Source: an uncultured Oscillospiraceae bacterium
GTDB taxonomy: Bacteria > Bacillota > Clostridia > Oscillospirales > Oscillospiraceae
DNA: 44,602 bases
Reading direction: 5' to 3'
Assembly (NCBI GenBank): GCA_964534615.1
Contig: CAZHPO010000001.1
Location: 1-44,602 of the forward strand
Made by a program: the position numbers and the translations under genes. Shown here in pieces: positions 38,080-44,602 of the stretch. The notes under the pieces were generated by a model. That model had not been told where the DNA came from, did not search any database, and worked only from the letters and a program-made list of their open reading frames with translations. The stretch's first letter is position 1. Each line of letters starts with the position of its first letter.

Positions 38080-38507
38080 TTACGGCGTTGCAGTTTCCGG
38101 CGCATATGGACAGTTGTGCCTTTTCCCGGTGTAGATGTAATTTCCAAATCGGTCATAAAACTTTCCATGATCGTAAACCCCATACCGCTTCGATCGGTAC
38201 CACCGGTGGTAAACATTGGTCGTTTTGCCTGCTCAACATCTGCAATACCAGCGCCTTTATCCTTGATCACAATGTCCAGCACATTGTCTTTCAAAATTCG
38301 ACACCGCAGAGAAATCACCCCCAGTTCATCCGGATATCCGTGAACAATGGCGTTTGTGACTGCCTCGGAAACAGCGGTACGGATATCTCCAAGTTCTTCC
38401 ATGGTCGGATCAAGTTGCGCAGCAAAGCAGGAAACGGCCGATCGAGCAAATGATTCATTAGCAGATTTGCTGGGAAACTCTAAAGTCATATAGTTGTTGA
38501 ACTTCAT
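38076..38507 (-). CDS. spoIIAB: Anti-sigma-F factor / Ser kinase
   Basis: NESFAR, AVSEAVTNAIVHGY, RSGMGFTIMESFM. Confidence 0.96.
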   Translation of the reverse strand: MKFNNYMTLEFPSKSANESFARSAVSCFAAQLDPTMEELGDIRTAVSEAVTNAIVHGYPDELGVISLRCRILKDNVLDIVIKDKGAGIADVEQAKRPMFTTGGTDRSGMGFTIMESFMTDLEITSTPGKGTTVHMRRKLQRRK

Positions 38508-38821
38508 AAGGCAACCTCCTTTATTTCAATAATTTTATCAATGCCGGCTGCCCGGAATACCTTCATGGGCTGAGATGCAATGCCGGTCAAAACGATAGAG
38601 CCATCGATTTTCTTCATTTCTCGAAACGCATTGATGACCACCGCAATCCCCGACGAGTCAATAAATGTGACATCTGTAAAATCCAGAATACAGACAGATG
38701 GAGTGTAGGCCTCAATTTTGGCGGCAATGGCTTGAATGTAGCTTTTGGCTCGATGATGGTCAATCTCCCCTGTCAGCGCAACCGTCAAATTGCCGTCTTG
38801 TAAAAAGCTTGTAAATTGCAT
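38504..38821 (-). CDS. spoIIAA: Anti-anti-sigma-F factor (STAS)
   Basis: LTGEIDHH, VTFIDSSGI; AAAGGAGG RBS. Confidence 0.94.
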   Translation of the reverse strand: MQFTSFLQDGNLTVALTGEIDHHRAKSYIQAIAAKIEAYTPSVCILDFTDVTFIDSSGIAVVINAFREMKKIDGSIVLTGIASQPMKVFRAAGIDKIIEIKEVAL

Positions 38822-38850
38822 AAAATCCTCCTTTGTGGTTGTTTTTATTC

Positions 38851-38884
38851 AGTATAATCCATGTAATATGTTTTTTCTGTCGGA
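38851..38884 (-). promoter_or_regulatory. Candidate Spo0A-dependent promoter of spoIIA
   Basis: TCCGACA (1 mismatch to 0A box TTCGACA)-21 nt-TATACT on the minus strand. Confidence 0.35.
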
Positions 38885-38894
38885 ATAACACGGC

Positions 38895-38925
38895 AAAAAA
38901 GAAAACCGGCAGTTCAACTGCCGGT
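38895..38925 (-). terminator. Minus-strand terminator upstream of spoIIA
   Basis: ACCGGCAG-ttgaa-CTGCCGGT followed by TTTCTTTTTT on the minus strand. Confidence 0.7.
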
Positions 38926-39019
38926 AGAAATATTCTCAAATTTCAAGTTATTGCACAAATAAGCTCCCATGATATACTGATGGTAATCCGCAGCAAAAAA
39001 AGAAAAAGGAGTAATGATC

Positions 39020-39822
39020 ATGTCACTTCAATTAGGTAAAAAAAATCCGTTCTTTGCGAAAAGCCAAAAACATCTCTCAGGAAGTGCTTGCACAGTATTT
39101 AGGTGTCAGTTTTCAAGCGGTCAGCAAATGGGAAAACGGCGATGCCCTGCCAGATGTGATGCTGATTTCTGCCATTGCCTCTTTTTTTGAGGTGTCCACC
39201 GATGAACTGTTTGACTATAACCTGATGAAACAGGAATCGAAAGTCATGTAAATCTGCCGACAAGCATCTCAATATCGGTTCAGCGATCCAGCCAAATCGG
39301 AGCAAATTCTTCGTAATGGGCTGAAACAATACCCCGGAAATGATATCATTCTGAATAATCTGCTCTATACCATGCGTGCCCCTGAGCGAAGCGATGAAGT
39401 GATTACCATTTGCAAATCCATTCTGGAAGTTACAAAGCTGGATGATGTGAAATATGACGTCCTGCGAATCATGGCAGAAACCTACCACGATATGGGACAG
39501 CAAGATTGGGTCAAGCCCACGCTGGAGCAGATCCCAGAAATCTATTTCAGCAAATCGGAGCTGGCGGCCAAGCTGCTGGAAGGCAGCGATGCAATGAATG
39601 CAGCCATGGCGCATGCTACCCTGTGCCGGGATGATCTACTGGATATGCTCTCGCATTTCTCAGCTTTACCATCAGCAAGGCAACAGCGAACAGGCATCTA
39701 CCTATGCCGAACTGACTAAGCAGATTTACACATTTTTCGAAAGCAGAACCGACTTTTTAGCCTATCAGGGCCATGAACCTGAATGACTGGAAGATGTGAT
39801 TTGGCCCAGACTGAAGGAATAA
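39020..39822 (+). pseudogene. Disrupted XRE-HTH regulator with C-terminal helical (TPR-like) domain
   Basis: ATG 39020 after AAAGGAG; frameshift in A8 run (39038-45), TAA 39249-51, frameshift near 39651, TGA 39784-86. Repaired start MSLQLGKKIRSLRKAKNISQEVLAQYLGVSFQAVSKWENG. Confidence 0.85.
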
Positions 39823-39840
39823 AATACGTCTTTTCTCAGT

Positions 39841-39873
39841 AAAAAGGCTGTACGCATTTGCGTACAGCCTTTT
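39841..39873. terminator. Bidirectional terminator after valS
   Basis: AAAAAGGCTGTACGC-attt-GCGTACAGCCTTTT. Confidence 0.88.
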
Positions 39874-39881
39874 ATCCATTA

Positions 39882-42524
39882 TCAAGCCATTTTTTGCATA
39901 GAAGCATAGGATGCTTCCAGCTGGGCGATCAGGTCTTTATTCTTTTGCGCTTTTTCACGCTCAGCGGCTACAACAGCTTCGGGAGCACGGGAAATAAAGC
40001 CCTCGTTGCTGAGCTTGCCTTCCAGAGAAGCCTGGAACTTGCGAGCCTTCTCCAGTTCCTTACCGATGCGCTCCAGTTCCTTTGCCACATCTACCAGCTG
40101 ACCCATGGGGATATAAAGCTTGGCATCGGCAGTGGTACAGGTCACCATACCGTCCAGATTTTCGGGTTCTTTATCCAGCATGGTCACGGTGTCGGCATAA
40201 GCCAGCCGCTGCATGAAGCCCTCACCCTCGATAAACACCTTGGGATCATTGGCCAGAATATAGAGCGCTGCCTTCTTGGAGGGCGGTACGTTCATTTCGG
40301 TACGACGATTGCGGATAGAACGGATTGCTTCCATGACAGACTCCATGGCTGCTTCCTCGGCCTTAAACGCCAGATCTTCACGGAACTGCGGCCACTGAGC
40401 AACGATCAACGCCTCTCCCTCGTGGGGCAGGCTCTGCCAGATTTCCTCGGTGATGAAGGGCATGAAGGGATGCAGCAGGCGCAGGGTCTGATCCAGCACA
40501 TAGACCAGAACCTGAATGGCGGTCTGCTTCCGGCTCTCATCCTCAGAATACAAACGAGCCTTGGTCAATTCGATATACCAGTCGCAGTAGGTGTCCCAGA
40601 TGAAATCGTAGATTTTCTGAACGGCCACACCCAGTTCATACTTATCCAGATTTTCCGTAACCTCAGCAATCAGGCTGTTCAGCTTGGACAGTACCCACTT
40701 GTCAGCGATCTCCAGATTTTCCGTGGCAGGCAGCTGGTTGACAGCACCTTCCTTCAGATTCATCATTACATAGCGGCTGGCATTCCACAGTTTATTGGCA
40801 AAATTACGCATAGCCTCGCACCGCTCCACATAGAAACGCATATCATTTCCGGGAGAGTTGCCGGTAACCATGTTCATACGCAGGGCATCGCAACCGTACT
40901 TATCAATCATTTCCAGCGGGTCGATACCGTTGCCCAGAGATTTACTCATCTTTCTGCCCTGATTATCCCGAACCAGGCCATGAATCAGTACGGTGTGGAA
41001 AGGCGTCTGGCCGGTATGCTCACAGCCGGAGAAAATCATTCTTGCCACCCAGAAGAAAATGATATCATAGCCTGTAACCAAAACACTGGTCGGATAGAAC
41101 TTTGCCAGATCCTCGGTCTTTTCAGGCCAGCCCAGGGTCTCAAAAGGCCACAGTGCAGAGCTAAACCAGGTATCCAGCACATCTTCTTCTCTGGTGATCT
41201 TGGTGCTGCCGCACTTTTCACAAGCACAAGCATCCTCCCGTGACACGGTAATATGTCCGCAGTCGGCACAAGTCCAGGCAGGGATCTGATGACCCCACCA
41301 CAACTGACGGGAAATACACCAGTCACGAACATTTTCCATCCAGTTCATATAGGTTTTGGAGAAACGATCTGGAACAAACCTAGTTTCGCCGTTTTTCACC
41401 ACTTCAATGGCCTTTTCAGCCAGAGGCTTCATCTTCACAAACCACTGAGCAGAAATAATGGGCTCCACATCGTTGTGGCAGCGGTAGCAAGTGCCAACAT
41501 TATGGGCATGGTCTTCAATCTTGACCAGATAGCCACCAGCTTCCAGATCTGCAACGATGGCTTTTCTTGCCTCATAACGATCCATGCCTTCGTACTTGCC
41601 ACCAAACTCGTTGACTTTGCCATTGTCGTCCAGCACACGGATCACTTCCAGATTATGTCGCAGGCCAACCTCAAAGTCGTTGGGGTCGTGAGCTGGAGTC
41701 ATTTTCACGCAACCGGTACCAAATTCCATTTCGGCATAGTCGTCTGCTACCACAGGAATTTCCTTGTTCACCAGAGGCAGGATGACTTTCTTACCCACAA
41801 TGCCCTTATAGCGCTCATCGTTAGGATTAACACAAACGCCACTATCACCCAACATAGTTTCCGGACGGGTGGTGGCCACAATCACTTCGCCGCTGCCATC
41901 AGCCAAAGGATAGCGGATGTGCCACAGATGGCCGGGCTTGTCCACATATTCCACCTCTGCATCAGACAGTGCGGTAACACAGTTGGGACACCAGTTGATG
42001 ATCCGGCTTCCTTTATAGATCAGGCCCTTTTCATACAGAGAAACGAATACTTCTCGAACCGCCTTGGAGCAGCCTTCATCCATGGTAAATCTGGCACGAT
42101 CCCAGTCACAGGATGCACCCAGCTTTTTCTGCTGCTCGACGATACGGTTACCGTACTTATGCTTCCAGTCCCAGACCCGCTCCAGGAACTTTTCGCGCCC
42201 AAGATCATAGCGGGTAACGCCTTCCTTTACACGCAGTTCTTCTTCCACCTTGATCTGGGTGGCAATGCCTGCATGATCCACACCGGGAATCCACAGGGCA
42301 TCATAACCCTGCATCCGCTTAAAACGGATCAGAGTATCCTGCAACGTTGCGTCCATGGCATGACCCATGTGCAACTGACCCGTAACATTGGGGGGCGGCA
42401 TGACGATGGTAAAGGGCTTGGCACCTTCCTTGCCACGAGGCTTGAAATAGCCACCCTTTTCCCACATCTGGTAGATCTCATTTTCTACCTGCTGGGGCTC
42501 ATAGATTTTCGGTAATTCTTTCAT
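39882..42524 (-). CDS. valS: Valine--tRNA ligase
   Basis: [31 protein letters not shown]-terminal coiled coil; start ATG 42524. Confidence 0.98.
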   Translation of the reverse strand: MKELPKIYEPQQVENEIYQMWEKGGYFKPRGKEGAKPFTIVMPPPNVTGQLHMGHAMDATLQDTLIRFKRMQGYDALWIPGVDHAGIATQIKVEEELRVKEGVTRYDLGREKFLERVWDWKHKYGNRIVEQQKKLGASCDWDRARFTMDEGCSKAVREVFVSLYEKGLIYKGSRIINWCPNCVTALSDAEVEYVDKPGHLWHIRYPLADGSGEVIVATTRPETMLGDSGVCVNPNDERYKGIVGKKVILPLVNKEIPVVADDYAEMEFGTGCVKMTPAHDPNDFEVGLRHNLEVIRVLDDNGKVNEFGGKYEGMDRYEARKAIVADLEAGGYLVKIEDHAHNVGTCYRCHNDVEPIISAQWFVKMKPLAEKAIEVVKNGETRFVPDRFSKTYMNWMENVRDWCISRQLWWGHQIPAWTCADCGHITVSREDACACEKCGSTKITREEDVLDTWFSSALWPFETLGWPEKTEDLAKFYPTSVLVTGYDIIFFWVARMIFSGCEHTGQTPFHTVLIHGLVRDNQGRKMSKSLGNGIDPLEMIDKYGCDALRMNMVTGNSPGNDMRFYVERCEAMRNFANKLWNASRYVMMNLKEGAVNQLPATENLEIADKWVLSKLNSLIAEVTENLDKYELGVAVQKIYDFIWDTYCDWYIELTKARLYSEDESRKQTAIQVLVYVLDQTLRLLHPFMPFITEEIWQSLPHEGEALIVAQWPQFREDLAFKAEEAAMESVMEAIRSIRNRRTEMNVPPSKKAALYILANDPKVFIEGEGFMQRLAYADTVTMLDKEPENLDGMVTCTTADAKLYIPMGQLVDVAKELERIGKELEKARKFQASLEGKLSNEGFISRAPEAVVAAEREKAQKNKDLIAQLEASYASMQKMA

Positions 42525-42543
42525 AAAATCACTCCTCAAAATG

Positions 42544-42780
42544 AAAAACGCCCTGAGAGCATAACTCTCAGGGCGAAAAATAGACATTTTCCGTGGTACC
42601 ACCTGAATTCCTGTTTAGACAGGCACTCAAAAGCTGTAACGGGCTGACCCGTACTTCCCTACTGCTTGTTCAGGAAATATGCTCCGGGGCGACAATTCCA
42701 ATCTGCCAATGTAGACTTGCACCAACCGTCCACTCTCTGAAAAGGCAGGATAGGAAACCTCCCCATCTTCACATTTATTG
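42544..42780 (-). ncRNA. T-box riboswitch leader of valS (Val specifier GUC)
   Basis: AGAGA..GGTTGGTGCAA stem I apex, specifier GTC (42693-42691), T-box AATTCAGGTGGTACCACGG (42609-42591), terminator CGCCCTGAGAG/CTCTCAGGGCG TTTTT; promoter TTGACA-17-TAACTT at 42814-42786. Confidence 0.93.
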
Positions 42781-42816
42781 GTATAAAGTTACCATATTTG
42801 CGGTGATATGTCAATA

Positions 42817-43488
42817 TCAATTTCCAAAAAGTTTGTAATTTCTGCTGCGCAACAACTGCACCAATTCTTTTTCATCCGCCGGAAGATATTCCACTTCAAT
42901 ACCGGCATTGCCAACCTGTTTCGGTCCGTGGCAATCTGAACCAGCGGTCTGGATCAGATCATATTTTTGCGCAAATTCCAATGCCAGTTCATTTCGTTCT
43001 TCGTGATCGTGGTTGGCATTACATACCTCTACACCATCAAGTGCCTTTTCCGTTGTAGGGTTTCCCCCATTGCGATAGGGATGAGCATGGATCAGAATTG
43101 CCCCGTCTGCTTTGCACCGAAGATAAAATTCCTCCACACCCATGGTAAAAATTCTTTCCGGATCACGGAGTAATTCGTCAGAAAAACCATATAGCAGATA
43201 GTCGTTCCAGCTGCCATCAAAACGCACCTCCGCTCCACGGTAAACCTTTAAGCCCCGTTTTTCCCCTTCCTCTTTGACCATGCGGTAACCCGTCAGGAAA
43301 GCATCCACTTTATCCTGACCGGGATTTGTGTCTTTGTGCAGATGCCGGAAAGTATCCCGGCTGTAGTGATCGGTGACGATCAGGCCGCTGTATCCGGCAG
43401 CCAAATAGCCATCAACGATCTCCTTGGCAGAAATAATGGCACAACTGCTTGTGTATAATGTATGCAAATGGGTTTCGATTTTAAACAT
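42817..43488 (-). CDS. PHP-domain metallophosphoesterase
   Basis: ETHLHT, VTDH, GAEV, HAHPYR, AGSDCH; start ATG 43488. Confidence 0.9.
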   Translation of the reverse strand: MFKIETHLHTLYTSSCAIISAKEIVDGYLAAGYSGLIVTDHYSRDTFRHLHKDTNPGQDKVDAFLTGYRMVKEEGEKRGLKVYRGAEVRFDGSWNDYLLYGFSDELLRDPERIFTMGVEEFYLRCKADGAILIHAHPYRNGGNPTTEKALDGVEVCNANHDHEERNELALEFAQKYDLIQTAGSDCHGPKQVGNAGIEVEYLPADEKELVQLLRSRNYKLFGN

Positions 43489-43580
43489 TTCTATTTCTCC
43501 TATGTTCTTCACTTATAACTTGACGATGGTGCAAAATGTGGTATAATACCAGTAAATACAAAATAACAGGAGCCAAAACC

Positions 43581-44522
43581 ATGAAGTTATCCCTGATCGT
43601 CCCCTGCTACAATGAAGCAGAAAACGTGGCCGCATTTCAAGAAGCGGTAATCTCCGCTTTTGAAGGATGCGGCTATGACTACGAGATCGTGTTTATCAAC
43701 GATGGTAGCCGTGATGCAACCCTTCACAATCTGAAAAAGCTCCACTGCAAACAGGCTTGCCCTGTAAAAGTTGTTTCCTTTTCTCGTAATTTTGGAAAAG
43801 AAGCGGGTTTGTTTGCCGGACTGGAACATGCCAGCGGCGAATACATTTCCCTGATCGATGCTGATCTGCAACAACGGCCGGAAATCGTCCGGGACATGGT
43901 AAAAATTCTGGACGAAAAGCCGGAGATTGATGTGGTGGCCGCCTATCAGGATCGTCGTGGCGAAGGCAAGGTATTGTCTTTCTTCAAGAAAGCATTTTAC
44001 TCCATCATCAACAAGCTGTCAACTGTGAAACTGCACGCAGATGCCAGCGATTTTCGCACTTTCCGTCGCAGTGTACGGGACAGTATTCTGCAAATGCGTG
44101 AATACCACCGCTTTAGCAAGGGTATTTTTTCCTGGGTAGGCTACGACACTGAATTTATCCCCTACACCGCCTGTGAACGCAACGCCGGCACCACCAAATG
44201 GAGCTTCCGTAAGCTCTGTAATTATGCCATTGATGGAATTATCGGCTTCTCCACCGCCCCCCTGCGTTTGGCAACCTATCTGGGTGTGTTGACCGCAGGC
44301 GCATCTGCGATCTATTTGCTAATCGTCATCTTACAAAAGCTGATTTGGGGTATCGCTGTCCCCGGTTACGCCACCATTATTGTACTGATTTTGCTTCTGG
44401 GTGGCATTCAGTTACTTTGCATCGGTATCATCGGTGAATATGTAGGCCGCACCTTTGAGCAGAGTAAAAACAGACCGGTGTATATCGCAAAAGAAGTCCT
44501 CACCTATGATGAAGAACAATAA
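43581..44522 (+). CDS. GT2 polyprenol-phosphate glycosyltransferase (GtrB/YkcC/CsbB-like)
   Basis: IVPCYNEAEN, INDGSRD, FSRNFGKEAG, DADLQ, two C-terminal TMs, GIIGEYVGR..SKNRPVY; TTGACG-16-TATAAT upstream. Confidence 0.93.
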   Translation: MKLSLIVPCYNEAENVAAFQEAVISAFEGCGYDYEIVFINDGSRDATLHNLKKLHCKQACPVKVVSFSRNFGKEAGLFAGLEHASGEYISLIDADLQQRPEIVRDMVKILDEKPEIDVVAAYQDRRGEGKVLSFFKKAFYSIINKLSTVKLHADASDFRTFRRSVRDSILQMREYHRFSKGIFSWVGYDTEFIPYTACERNAGTTKWSFRKLCNYAIDGIIGFSTAPLRLATYLGVLTAGASAIYLLIVILQKLIWGIAVPGYATIIVLILLLGGIQLLCIGIIGEYVGRTFEQSKNRPVYIAKEVLTYDEEQ

Positions 44523-44602
44523 TTGATACCGCATTGTTATAAAATCTAACGTAAGCGTCAATTCTAACAGCGTATAAAAAGCTCCGGCTCTGAGAGTTTG
44601 TC

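Noticed and set aside
39038-39045. A8 run as a phase-variation switch
   Set aside because: Three further downstream lesions mean slippage alone could not restore the full protein.
39858-42515. Two long plus-strand ORFs (461 and 420 aa)
   Set aside because: Antisense to valS; explained by codon bias of a highly expressed gene; no protein-like motifs.
44507-44602. Short ORF overlapping the GT2 stop and a possible hairpin at the window end
   Set aside because: Only about 14 codons, and the sequence is truncated by the window edge; unsupported.

Overview
Core chromosomal segment of an endospore-forming clostridial Firmicute; the gene set and protein style suggest Oscillospiraceae/Ruminococcaceae (inference). 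It holds housekeeping, repair and translation genes (partial rsmD, uvrC, HPr, mutS2, recO, era, ybeY, phoH, ispA, xseAB, nusB, yajC, tgt, queA, family-4 UDG, xth, ligA, pcrA, valS with a T-box, tRNA-Thr(CGT)). These are interleaved with sporulation loci (yqfCD, ylbJ, complete spoIIIAA-AH, yunB, spoIIAA-AB-sigF). I see no CRISPR array, intact mobile element or defence island, and no clear new multi-gene system. Main anomalies: (1) two tandem duplications at mutS2, one of 237 bp that doubles the HPr promoter and one of 178/177 bp that duplicates the Walker A region in frame, both possibly assembly artefacts; (2) an unannotated, frameshifted ~107-bp phage minor-capsid-like relic just behind the tRNA; (3) a fully overlapping back-to-back sigma-E promoter pair between yqfC and ylbJ; (4) a stand-alone dapA with a sigma-K-type promoter; (5) a DD-carboxypeptidase homologue lacking its catalytic motifs; (6) an HPr with a degenerate His15 loop; (7) a four-lesion XRE/helical-domain regulator pseudogene upstream of spoIIA. 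All family assignments come from motif recognition by eye, not database searches.
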